Source: Octopus sinensis
Taxonomy: Eukaryota
Length of the DNA: 64,000 nucleotides
Direction: 5' to 3'
Assembly (NCBI RefSeq): GCF_006345805.1
Contig: NC_042998.1
Span: 180,730,001 to 180,794,000, forward strand
Shown here: piece by piece, positions 51,408 through 64,000 of the stretch
How the letters are laid out: every line of letters begins with the position of its first letter
How positions within the stretch are numbered: position 1 is the first letter of the stretch
Position numbers and translations under genes: made by a program
Notes under the pieces: generated by a model
The model's database searches: none
What the model saw: the letters and a program-made list of their open reading frames with translations, nothing else
Told to the model about the DNA's origin: nothing

Positions 51408-53120
51408 TATGGAAAAAAAGGAACGTCGCCTATGCCTAGAATTATACATATATATCCGTGTACCTGTCTGTGTATGCATATGGATTTATAGATACACATG
51501 AACGTGGTTTGTGTTTTTGATGGCATTTTGTGTAAGTGGTTAGTTAAATTTGAGCCAGGTCTGGAATAAACTTATAATCAGTAGTGCTCACAAAAAAAAA
51601 AATGGACGTAAAATCTCTTACTCAGACATTTTATCAGAGTTGTTCCCTAGTGCAAGTGTGGGCCTCGACGATTTTTGTCAAGTGTATCAGGCTTGAATGC
51701 TTAGGCAGTATACAGATATCAACAACTTATAGTAATAGTTTAATTCAATATAATTATGTACGGTTTGAAACAGAAAAGCAGAAGTACAACAATATTACCA
51801 GATCAGGTTTGAACCAATACGTTTAAATTGGCACGGCTTAAACGTTAAAGACATCGGACTTTATCTAAAATGTCAAAAAGTGTGTTTATTGCATAGAAAC
51901 TTAAATCCAGGAGATATTTTGAAGAAATGGTTTAGGAATAATTTCTTGCGTGGTAAAAAAAAAAAAAATAGATATCATTTCTGTAAACTGAAGTGGGGAA
52001 TTGGTAGAATAATTACAGCACCAAATACCTTGCGGTATTTTTTATGCCCTTTACGTTCTGACTTCAAATTCTGCTAGCAGTGAAATTTGCTTCTCATGCA
52101 CAAAATGAAATACAAGTCAAGTGCTGGAGTCTGTGGTATCGATTAACCCCCTGTCCTCAAAATTTCTCGCTTCGCTCCTGATTTATAAATTATAATTTCT
52201 GTAAACTATACTAACATTGAATTGCTACCAATTTCCTTGAAATGAGTAGCCTGAAATGAAGAAATTTTGTTAATGCTACACATGATGATGCATTTGGTGA
52301 AGCGTCTAAACTTCCCGAAAGAGCTTGTTCCACCGGTAACCGGAGTTCTGTGCTTTATTCACAGGGAGTCCTTGTTATTTAAAATATTTTATGTGCTACT
52401 GATTTGTTGTTACTATGTTACACTTCTCTTCGGTGGTAATTAAGAGGAAGAGTGGTAGAACAATTTAAAGCTTAAACACCTTGCGGGTGCATGCAGAATC
52501 TCGAATAAACTGAATATTCAACTCCAAGAGAAGGTACAAATTTATTCAAGGTATAATCGAAGCTTTTCTTAGAAAGTTAAAATTATGGACTGTGAAAGTT
52601 GAAGATAATAATTTAGTTCAATGTCCATATCTTAACGCAAATCCCAGAGAAAAGGATGTTTTTCGAATTTAAATTATCGATCATCGCTAAAACTACTCAA
52701 TTCAACATTGTTTTCTCAAAACTAGCATGACAATAGATGAAATATCCTTCCTCAGAAATATTTCCTTCAAATGTGAACATAATTCCAGGAAATTTGCAGG
52801 AGGATATTTAGATAATTAAAATGATTTGGTGGCTCAGAATATGTTCAAACAATCCACCATGTTAACATTGTGTTTGAGTACGTACGTGAGCTACAAAAAT
52901 CTCTCGTCTAATGCATAAAAAATTTCTTCTTCCATTTGCATCAATTTACATACTTGACGCAGATTAAATCGAAACAGTGAAATCGCCTTGCAATTGAGAA
53001 TAGTGTTTGTTGTGCACACTCAAGCACTGTTCCACTCATAGAAACTCTTGTCATACTCATCGATAGTAATGATTTCAAAGTTCATTTATCATTGATTACT
53101 AACACTGGTAATATATAATA

Positions 53121-53359
53121 TTCTTATTTTTTTTATTGCCTACAAGGGGCTAAACATAGAGGGGACAAACAAGGACAGACAAAGGGATTAAGTCGATTAC
53201 ATCGACTCCAGTGCGTAACTGGTACTTAATTTATCGACCTCGAAACGATGAAAGGCAAAGTCGATCGCGGCGGAATTTGAACTCAGAACGCAGCAGCGGA
53301 TGAAATACCACAAAGCATTTCGCCCGGCGTGCTAACGTTTCTGCCAGCTCGCCGCCTTA
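53121..53359 (-). mobile_element. SINE family B
   Basis: Reverse complement of the family B unit. Confidence 0.88.
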
Positions 53360-54009
53360 GTAATATATAATATTCTGATAGGGAAGTGCTAGCTTCTGTT
53401 TTCTTATAAATACAATGACCAAATTATTGACTTGTCTTTTTTTCATAAAACTATGAGCTAAAAGCATTGAAGTTTATACATATAACAGGAGGATACACGT
53501 AAGAGAGAAGACTCGCTGAAGAGGTCACAGATGTATGGGTAGGATGTATTTAGTGTCGCTAACACCTTAATTGGAATTTTAAACTCTGTATTTTGTATTT
53601 ATGGGCCAGAAATTATCAGTGGCATCCTCCTAGGAATTTCAACATTTACGAGAAGGGAATTTTTGTTTCTATGTATGTCATTATTCAGTTTATTTCAAGA
53701 TTTCTTGCCAATAGAAAAAGAACCGGTTTCTCACCTAGATCCAAAACTCTTTCATTGGAATTTCAACATCAACAAAGTATTTTTGTATGTATGTATGTAT
53801 GTAGTATGTATGTATGTATGTATGTATGTATGTATGTATGTATGTGTGTATGTGTGTCTGTGTGTGTGTGTGTGTGTGCAGATTTGTATGTTTATTGTAT
53901 CTATTCTCATGCATACAGTTGCATATCTAAACATGTTCATATATATTCAAATGATAAACTTCTGGAAAGTTTTACAGATTTTTACAGTTCCGATCATGGA
54001 TTGGATCTG

Positions 54010-54800
54010 TAGTCTTCATTAGCTTTCTCCTTTGTGGTTTTGAGAAGCCTAATTTCTCAAGATTGGTATTTAGTCAGTGTGTTACATATCACAGGACCCC
54101 AATAATTACAGGTATAAACCTGAACTTGTAATCTGGATAGAGTAACTGCAGATTTCTCAATAGTTCAGCGTAGGTATTCTTTGTTTCACTGATCTTCAGC
54201 TTTATGTTAACATCCGCTGGGCAGATAACTTCCACAACTGTGCACAGTTTCTCTTCTCTCTCCCAAATCATTATATCAGTTCTGTTGTGTCTACATTTTA
54301 TTGAGGTCTTCACTAGTACATTCCACCAGTACCCCTTTTTATTATGAGTAGCTATAGCTTCTACCATATTGTGGATTCTCTTTTTTGTTTTTTGTTTTGT
54401 CTTTTTTTTTTGTTTTCAGAGTTATCCCTCCGACGGATATCATTATAGAGAGTTCTAGCTACAACATCATATCCCCTCGGTAGATAATACCGTGATAACA
54501 TTTTCGGACAACTGCTTATGGTCCGGGTGATATCTTCGGTGTTAACTCTACAAAGTTCGAATTGGTTGTCACATGCTTTTCCTGTATCTCTATCTTTTTT
54601 GTGCATCAGGTACTTGGTTGATATTTCCTGTTCCTGGATTGCAAAGGCATACCTTTCAAAGTGGTAGGTATTGTTCCGGCCCACCTTCCAAATCTTATCA
54701 GCCTCATGTATGCAAACTTGATCAAGGGATCCCCTTCGACACTTGGTGGTTAAAGGGTGTTGCCGAAAGGATATGACACGTCATTCGAAGGCATTTTGGA
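54010..54800 (-). mobile_element. Restriction-like-endonuclease LINE 3' remnant (R4/Dong-like)
   Basis: CDNQFELCRVNTEDITRTISSCPKMLSRYYL (knuckle); HNRTDIMIWEREEKLCTVVEVICPADVN (PD..E-type endonuclease). Confidence 0.82.
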
Positions 54801-57681
54801 TCGCCGTTAAGCCTCTGTCGCCATATGTATGTATGTATGTAATTATTCCTATCTTACAAAATAATTGTATAGCGAAAAACTGTAGAGCGAGAAATATATA
54901 TCAAAAATCGATACAGAGGGAAAGCAAGAGAAAGGTAGAAAGACAAACACGAATATATTCAGCAAACAAAGAAATAATCCGATAAATAGACACACACACA
55001 CAGACAGGCCGGCAGGCAAGCAGACAAGCAGACAGATAAACAGATAAATAGACAGACAGACAGACGGGCATGCAAGCGGACAGGCAGGCAGTAGGGCTGA
55101 TAGAACAGAAAATGGAGACGTAAAGAATATGAGAATATTCAGTGCTGTGAAACCAGTGTGTGTGGCTGTTTAGCGTAGTGATATGAGTATAATTACACGA
55201 ATCACTGACTAAGCAATAACTTTCTCTTTAGCAATAACCAGTGCAGTCACAAATCCTATAATTCTGGCAAGACATTTTCAGAGTGGCGAGGAATAAGCTT
55301 TCATAAGGTAATTAATGGTTCGGTTTTGGGAAATTGTTAAAAATGCAACAAGTACCAATGTACAAAGTTCTGGATGGGCCGAGGCAATAAATTGGTTTCG
55401 ATATGGGATTCGAACTGTTTCATGCCAGTCATGTAGCTAGTGTAGTTAGAAAAGATAAACTAAAGAGCGAACCATCAGGTATTCAGAGGAACTACTTGAA
55501 ATAACAGCCAAATATCCTACAATTTACACACATTTTGAAAAATATATATATATAGTACTTATTGGATGGTGTAGATCGAGATAAGCTATGTCTGAATGAA
55601 AGATAGATTGGTCACGTTTGGAACGTCTTTGAGCCAAATTCTAAGACATTGACGTTAACGTGCCACTGTGTTGATTGGAATGTCGCTGTCTCAATAGTAA
55701 AGCTTGTGTATGGGCCTTAGCAATGAATGCGCACAACTCACCGTTCTTGCTTAGCCTCATGTCAGCTCTGATCCAGTAAATGTGTAATCAAAGGCATCCC
55801 AGCCGTGACCATCCCTTCTTTTTAACAGACAGCTATGTCACACTAGAATACTTATGCTCACTTTCTTTTATTTCAAGGGAGACTTCGTTGCTCCTTGTAA
55901 ACAAAACGACCACATTGAACTTACCTCGTCAATTTCTAAAACGATGAGCCAAAGGGGGGTAATTGTGGGCTCATTTATACGATAAGACAAGAGGGAACTC
56001 TATATTTGCATTGTTGAGTAAAAAATGTTCTTCTAGAAAAAATCTGAGTAAAATTTATTTTAAAGTGTTCTCGTCCAAATATTACATATTTTCATTCTGA
56101 GTCACTAGACGTTGTCAAAAAATATAAACGTAGATCTTTGTATAATTGTAAAAGATCAGAATTTTTTATTCTTTGATTTATTTAAAATTTTGTATATCAG
56201 AATATGCTTCATTAAAAAAGTTTCAGTATCCATTTCGTTTATTGTAGTCATGATGTTACCTTCTTTTTTTTACGTGTATTTTCCAGCTGTACCTTCATAC
56301 TTAAAATTTTCACGGCAACTCACACCAAACTTGCCCGTGAAAGAAAGTGCTTAGTATTAGCTCATTAACTTCTCATTGTAAAATATATATCAGAGCCCGT
56401 AAGTTTAAGTATCTACACACCTCAAAGATTTTTAGTCTGTGACGGTACATTTTCTATCTCCTGTAGACACCATCTTTTCTTTATTGAATAAATAAACAAA
56501 AATAACAAGAATAGATGCGAATATCTCTCACATAGATAAAGGTAGTCAAACACTTATAGGAAGATATAATTATATAATGAATTCTCGATAATAGAAAGAC
56601 GGAAAGCAACGTCAACCTGGACGGAAATATTGATTTCTTACCTAGGCACGAATCAAGTATTTTAAAGAAGGTGCAAAATCAATTAAATCGAACTTGGTAG
56701 TTGGGTGACATTTGTGATATAGATTCCAGAGAGAAAACTAAAGTCAATCATGCAGAATCTTTACTGATTAATGTAGGGAAAGTGACAGTTTCTGGGGCTT
56801 TCACAGGCTTAGGAAAACGCTGAGCCTGTTACTGCTCATTTTAAAACATATGTTAGGTGACGTTTTCAAGGAAAATGAGAACAAGAAGAGATTCTCGCGG
56901 TTTAACTTCTAGGGAATATAAATTGACAGAAGTAGCTAGTACAGAACTTTGAAGAAGGGACACAAAATGGAAAATCTGAAGAGAAGTGAGACATGTATAG
57001 AATCAGCTTTTCTTTCTTTCTTTCTTTCTTCTTTCTTTCTTTCTTTCTTTCTTTCTCTCTCTCTCTCTCTCCCTCTCAGTATGGGATTAGGGGCAAGCTA
57101 ATTCCCATGAGCAGACGCCGTGGTACAAGCGATATCATAGCCAAAGTGACGACGTAATAACGTATGGGCCAGAGGATGTAGTCAGTTGGGCTGGCATTAT
57201 ATGTCAATGAGTTGGATACTTTCTGTTGGATATAGGTCTAGGATTTATGTAAGTGTCCTGCCACACGGTTATAAAAGCAAGAGAATAATTACATTGCGGG
57301 TATCATCAGAGTTTTGTATCAAGTTATCGTCTGAGAAAAGGTGAAATATTTTCAGGAGAGGGTTTATTAGAAGGCTAAACTCAAGGATGCGGTTCTTGTT
57401 TATATCCTTAACAAGATTTCCCGATTTAGATACTGCACAGCAAATTTATCCTGCGCTTAAAGGAAACTACTATTTGCACTATTCTAGAAACAACAACAAC
57501 ACAACAACAAAAACCGCAACAACAGCAACAGCAACAACGACGACGACGACGACTATGATGATGATGATGATGAGGAGGAGGAGGAGGAGGAGGAGGAGGA
57601 TAATAATAATAAAGTTGCGCATAAAGTACTTTATGCGCAACTCCATTGTCTCCCGAGACAAAAAGGATGCCAACCACAACC

Positions 57682-57720
<39 letters not shown>

Positions 57721-58225
57721 CGTTTGGATATTGTCAACAAAACCGATACAGTAAATGGCTGCTGATCGAAGTATCTCCCAACAGACGGTAACATATTTCC
57801 AAAAGCAATGGAATAATTATCCAAATATAATGATGTGGAAACAGAGATAATTACAATGTTATGTTTGAAAACAAAAATGCAATCCCTAAAATATTAGAGA
57901 AGCATATAGAAAAATATATATAATCACAAACATAAAATTATATATTCTTTAATAAATTGTTTTTATTTTTATCGGAATATATATGAATATTGGTGACGCT
58001 TGCATTGAATTGTTTCGTTTCGTATTAGTTTAATGCTGATATAAATTTGTGACTGACAATTTAATCATCTACTACTTGCGTGTAATATATAATTCAAGTT
58101 TGTATGTTTTCGTATGTTTCCGTTGAAGAGTGTGTGTGAGTGTGTGTGTGTGTCTGTGTCTGTGTACTCGAGCGTGCGTGCATGTGGGTGTGCTCGTGTG
58201 TGTGTGTATGCATATATTCAGACAA

Positions 58226-58640
58226 GGTAGTGGGTAGCGATTTTCTTCACTACTTCAGGGAGTGACGACCCTGCCTGACACGAGTCCCGGGTTCAGCTGG
58301 CTCCGGCTGACAGTACCCAGTATGGGCCCCTTTCCAGGGTTACGGAAAGGAGACAACCTTCTAAGAAATCCGGAGTGGAGCCCCGTAGGCGGTTTAGTGT
58401 TCGACTCGACACTCTTCCGGCAGCTCCTGCAACCAAGCTGGTGCCAAACGTAATACTCTGCACTGCTTTGGACTACGTCAGCAAGGTCGAGAGAGGAATC
58501 CTGACGACTGGGCTACCCAGGATTTTCTTAAAACAAACCCAGGCCTGCGCAAAACTGGAGAGGGCAAGAAATGTAAAAACCAGATTGGACTAGTTTATGC
58601 GCGCAACTCCATTGTCTCTCGAGACAAAAGGATACCAACA
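58226..58640 (+). mobile_element. Internally deleted RTE-like non-autonomous element (5' UTR plus 3' tail)
   Basis: GC-rich GGAGTGGAGCCCCG...CCGGCAGCTCCTGCAACCAAGCTGGTGCCAAACGTA resembles RTE 5' UTRs (recall); tail TTTATGCGC..AACTCCATTGTCTC shared with 57629-57682. Confidence 0.6.
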
Positions 58641-58765
58641 AAAACAACAAAAATATCTGCAAAAATATCTAAACGCCCCAACTCCACCTTTTAATATACT
58701 TAGTTCCCCATAAAAATCATTCCATCTTTAATCTCCATTCTGTCAACACCTCAAATGTAAAATTC

Positions 58766-58859
58766 TTCCCTGATGACGGAGGCTGCTGGTATCCGATGAT
58801 GGAATCGAGTTATAAGAATTATTTTGGACCACCAAGCCCTCCAGAAACAGCTGTTGGAA
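58766..58859 (+). ncRNA. Type I hammerhead with long stem II
   Basis: UUCC-CUGAUGA-C-GGAGG...CCUCC-A-GAAA-C(AGCU)G-UU/GGAA; ACAGCUGU palindrome; predicted cleavage after U58855. Confidence 0.8.
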
Positions 58860-60180
58860 TCGTAAAACTCCTACTCAGCCCCACTAATTCCTAATATCAT
58901 TTCCATTCTGTGTAAATCGGACTTCTTTTATATGTATACATATGTACATTCTTTGTATTTATCATTTTTACATTTACACACACACACACACAAACACGCA
59001 CAAACACACACACACACACACACACACATATGCGTGCTTATGTGTATGTGTGTGTGTGCGTGTGTGTGCGCATGTGTGTATGTGTATGTGTACTGATTTA
59101 CCATGAAGCAATAACTTACAGAACTTGGCATGTAGAGGGAGAGTATACTCCAATTAATGTTAACCTAATAGATAAAAAACAAGCTCATACTCCGAGCTTT
59201 CCGTCGCCGCTCCTTTGATTAACTTGTTGCCACTTTGTCGGATGTTTTACTATATCTTCGTACAATGCACATACAATGTATATGAAAATACATTATAAGC
59301 TTATATTTATGTTCTTAATTATTATGCAGCCGTTATGTTAGAAAAATAGCCGTTTCGATGTCACGTTTCCCATATTCTTCCTGGTTCTCATAGCAATAAA
59401 ATATATCTAAACATCTTCCCAACTTTTAATAATCTTTTCATGTTGAATCCGACCTCATAAAGGGAAAATCACTATAAAACGATTCTTCTCTTAGGAGATT
59501 CCGTTGTTGTTTAAACAATATTTTCAAAACATTTATCCGAACAAAACTGCCACTTTGAAATGAAAGATTTTTTTTCTTTGTATCTTTTTACTTTTTTCCG
59601 ATCAAAAGCCAAGAAGGATTCATGAATACGATGAGATAACAATTCCTTTTTGTTTAAGCAATTTCTATTTTGGAACAAAATTTCAATTTCCTCGTTCAAA
59701 TAAAGGTCACACCACATTTTTTTTTTTACCTGAAGCTACTATTTCTATAAGATAGTGCTTTATCCTGAACCATTTAAATAATTTAGTATTCGTGCAAACT
59801 TGTCTCAGTTAAGAACAAAAAGATTTTTTCTTCACAAAGTCGTAGTAATTTTAACCTCGCTAACAAATGAATATTTATGCTTATACCTTTTTTCCCCCTA
59901 AAGAGTGTGCAGTTGCTCAAAAACATACTTTGGTTGATTGCTGATAATAGTTTTGACTCTAACACTAGATACTATCGACTTTACCAAACAATTTCTGCCT
60001 CCTTCTGTGCAATTGGGTAGATGTCCAATTGGAATCTATTTGCTTGCTATCTTGCCTGTCTCTTTTATTTAGCATTATGTCCCCTCAAATATCTACAAAG
60101 TGAAAAGTTAGCTTTAGTACAGTTCCTTAGTTTATATTTATTAAATCAGAGAATTGTCCAGCATTTTCAATTCATATATA

Positions 60181-60579
60181 CTCTGTTACTCGTTTCAGTC
60201 CAATCATTAGACTATGGCCATGCTGCAGCACTACCCTAAAGAGCTTTAGTCAAACAAATTGACCCCAGAACTTATTCTTTGTAAGCCTAGAACTTATTCT
60301 ATCGGTCGCTTTTGCTGAAGCGTCAAGTTACGGGGACGTAAACACACCAATACTGGCTATCAAGCGATGGTTAGGGGACAAGCACTGACACAAAAGCGCA
60401 CATATACATATATATACGATGGTCTTTTTTCAGTTTCCGTCTACCAAATGCACCCACAAGGCTTTGGTCGGCCCCAGGCTATAGTAGAAGACAGTTGCCC
60501 AAGGTGCCACGCAGTGGGAATGAACCTAGGACCATGTGGTTGGGAAGTAAGCTTCTTACCACACAACCACACCTGCGCC
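60181..60579 (-). mobile_element. SINE family A
   Basis: Reverse complement of the family A consensus. Confidence 0.88.
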
Positions 60580-61062
60580 TATATATGGCGAACGTTCAAT
60601 TATTGTTTCTGAGGCCTTGCATAGTCATGTGTACTTATATTTCCATGGTCGTCAGAACTGACCATACGTTTCCAAATGTTATATTTGCATAGATAATTAT
60701 CCCGTACCTTTGACTCTGAATCAAAAGCTCACTTGCGCTCCCCATACCCAAATGCTGTCGAACCAGATTATGTGCCGATGTCTCAGGTACTATTTAGGCT
60801 TCAGTTTTAACCTAATCCTTAAAATTTCTTATACGGTGCCACATGACTCCTTCTTCCAGTGAAAGCTATTTTAGTTATAATGGTTGTTAGTGTTGTGTCC
60901 AATTCGAGTTTCAATGAGATCGAAAGTCCTGTTGCGCCATTCGAAAGACAGAGATACATTTTTCTATGTTCACGGGTCTCTGTAATTACTTTATGAATGC
61001 TGGCTTCAGTTGGTTGCACGTAATGTTATGATCTATTTTGTTTTTAATCTTTTGGGTCAATG

Positions 61063-61301
61063 TTTCTTATTTCTTTAATGCCCACAAGGGGTTACACAGA
61101 GAGGGTACAGACAAGGACAGACAAACGGATTAAGTCGATTATATCGACCCCAGTACGTAACTGGAACTTATTTAATCGACCCCGAAAGGATGAAAGGCAA
61201 AGTCGACCTCGGCGAAATTTGAACTCAGAACGTAGCGGCAGACGAAATACCGCTAAGCATTTCGTCCGGAGTGCTAACGTTTCTGCCAGCTCGCCGCCTT
61301 A
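61063..61301 (-). mobile_element. SINE family B
   Basis: Reverse complement of the family B unit; another copy at 61758-61941. Confidence 0.9.
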
Positions 61302-61708
61302 AATGGGCAAATGTTTCTTATCAAGCGATTTTCTGCTGAAGAAAATATTACCAAAATCCAATTTATTATTTGTTTGGGGGTTTACACGCAAAAATACTTA
61401 TACGCACGCTGTAGTTTTCGCTTTGTAGTTGTTGTCATTGCTGCTATTGTTGTCACCTAAACAACAACAATAACAATAACAATAATAATGATAATAATAA
61501 TGATAATAATAATAATATAATAATAATAATAATAATAATAATAAGAGAATTATTACTACCCATGTATTTTAATTTAACTTAAAAAAAAATGAACGAACTA
61601 TTGAGTTTAGTTTAATGGCCTACCAATGTATACTATGAGTTTCTTTGCCCTAGGAGTCGGGAAGACACTCGGCAAGAAATGGAAGCAAATTTGAAAGAAG
61701 AAAAAAAA

Positions 61709-61744
<36 letters not shown>

Positions 61745-61946
61745 TTAATAATAATAATCCTTTCTACTATAGGTAGAAGGCCTGGAACTCTGGGAAAGAG
61801 GACTAGTCGATCACATCGACTTCAGTACCCATGTGGTACTTATATTGACACCGAAAGGAGGAAATGCAAAGTCGACCACGGCGGAATTTGAACTCAGAAC
61901 GTAAAGACGTACGAAATGCTGTTAGATTCTGCCAGCTCGCTGACTC

Positions 61947-61993
<47 letters not shown>

Positions 61994-61995
61994 TA

Positions 61996-62079
<84 letters not shown>

Positions 62080-62730
62080 GGGATCATGATCATGATCATG
62101 ATCATCATCATCATTATTATTATTATTATAAAAGTTTATATGCCAAGTTTTGATATTGACATATTATTACTCAGAAATAATAAAATTATGCATTATATAT
62201 TAGATTGAATCAAATCAGTTATGAATTTCATTATATACTCCATGTCATGTTTTAAGAGGTTAACGTAATAGGAAGTAGATTTAAAGAAAATTATTGATAG
62301 ATATGCAAACGAGTGTAAGTTTGTGTATTTCCGTATACAAAAAGCCTGGATGCTCGCGATTTCCTTCCCAATGTCAGAATTTGTTCAAATCTTCTTCTCT
62401 GATGTAGTTTAGCATGCAAATGACGAAAATCATATTCCTTTTTTTTTTTGTAGAAATTGCTAACAACAAAGTTATAAACCTTTGAATGTGTGAAAATTTT
62501 AACCAATCGAGAGCGTCCATCATCGACATACCGGAAATTGTAATTTCCATGTGTTAACGATAAGAAAATGAAAACATTATGAAGCCTTGAAAGAATTTTT
62601 TTGCTTAAAAGGAATTTAATGAAAGAAAATTATGAATGTTACGAATATGAAAAAAATTAATGAATTACTATGAAAATGTTATACAACCTTTAAATATGGA
62701 AGGGAGAGAGAAAAGGCAATGAAAATCTCT

Positions 62731-62804
<74 letters not shown>

Positions 62805-62859
62805 TCAATAACAATGAATATGTATTATGCACGCTAATATTTTTTTCAAAACCGTTGCA

Positions 62860-63200
62860 CTCTTCTTACCTTCGGCGCTGCATGAAGTCGCAGAGATGGT
62901 AGAATGATTAGTGCCACGACGAAGTTTATTTTCCCGCTCGAGACTGGGCCCTTCGTTTCCCATTTGTTGTGTGTGTGGCCAGTATCTCTTTATGTGGCAT
63001 AGACAATCTCAAGGTTGTGGTTCACCGTTCTATGAAGAAATTTGTAGCCCAGTATCTCTGATGTGTATGAGTATACTCGTCGCTGTATATAGTTGTTCCC
63101 GGGAGAACTGACTGTTCAGTGGGTTTTACGATTGTGACATGGTACAGTTTATAGGAATACCTCTAATGTTTTGAGACAGAACATCGAAACCCTAACAATT
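62860..63200 (-). mobile_element. Merlin (IS1595/ISXO2-like) transposase remnant
   Basis: Frameshifted minus-strand motifs VLPGTTIYSDE, HRTVNH, TGHTH/HTQ, KLRRGT, YHLCDFMQRR. Confidence 0.75.
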
Positions 63201-63338
63201 TTATGTTGTTATCATCCCCAGTTGAATTTTCTTCTCTAGAACAATGCTTCATTAGTTTCGTGACCACCCGTCTTTAAAAGTTTGCATATACCTCGCAGAC
63301 GCTGTTGCTTTAATCGATAACTATATTTCTGTTTCAAT

Positions 63339-63724
63339 TCTTATTTCTTTATTGCCCACAAGGGGCTAAACATAGAGGGAACAAACAAGGAAAGACAAAG
63401 GAATTAAGTCGATTACATCGACCCCAGTGCGTAACTGGTACTTAATTTATCGACCCCGAAAGGATGAAAGGCAAAGTCGACCTCGGCGGAATTTGAACTC
63501 AGAACGTAACCTTTTCTGCTATAGGCAGAAGGCCTGACGTTTTGGGGAAGGGGTAAGTCGATCACATCGACCCCAGTACTCAACTGGTATTTAATTTATC
63601 GACCTCGAAAGTATGAAAAGCAAAGTCGACCTCGGCGAAATTTGAACTCAGAACGTAACAGCAGACGAAATACCGCTAAGCATTTCGCCCGGCGTGCTAA
63701 CGTTTCTGCCAGCTCACCGCCTTA
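63339..63724 (-). mobile_element. Two tandem SINE family B copies
   Basis: Family B core twice, with the head at 63724. Confidence 0.9.
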
Positions 63725-64000
63725 ATTTTCAATTCTGCCACACAGAATTGAATAATGGTCGTATCTCGACCCAGAAATATAGAAACAAAACCATATTTTA
63801 GAGGAAAAGAATGCCACCATCTTCAAACCATGTTATCTTTCTCACAGAGGAAATTTATGTATTTTCAGTAGCATCAATAGACGTTGCCATGAACTACTTG
63901 TATGTTTATGGCTTGTTTTGACATTCTTTACATCTTCACCGGCATCACTCATTTGACTTCAAAAAAATTACTGCATCATAATCCGCCTTCACATTATCAC

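Noticed and set aside
58495-58530. CUGACGA-CUGGG(CUA)CCCAG as an HHR
   Set aside because: Followed by GAUUUU rather than GAAA, with no stem III or stem I.

Overview
AT-rich, microsatellite-saturated eukaryotic DNA. The SINE types suggest an octopod cephalopod (inference). Almost all ORFs in the track are microsatellite artefacts. Supported content: many tRNA-derived SINEs; a 5'-truncated R4/Dong-type LINE (RT plus restriction-like endonuclease) inserted in (TAA)n, with further remnants; CR1-group and RTE LINE 3' ends; three Penelope-like element (PLE) remnants; Tc1, pogo/Tigger and Merlin DNA-transposon remnants; and a few weak candidate host exons. The main finding is a set of non-coding elements, mostly in or beside (TA)n tracts, that carry type I hammerhead ribozymes (HHR) with very short, often palindromic stem III. 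The best example is a ~600-bp tandem array at 15252-18277. It has about 5 copies arranged head-to-head, each with a CUGAAGA/GAAAC/GUC hammerhead (three intact, two with a 1-nt deletion). This is a candidate retrozyme that could yield ~600-nt self-cleaved or circular RNAs. At least five other, unrelated HHR-bearing small elements occur in the window, some with the same fold-back 5' geometry. All folds were derived by eye and need computational and biochemical confirmation.
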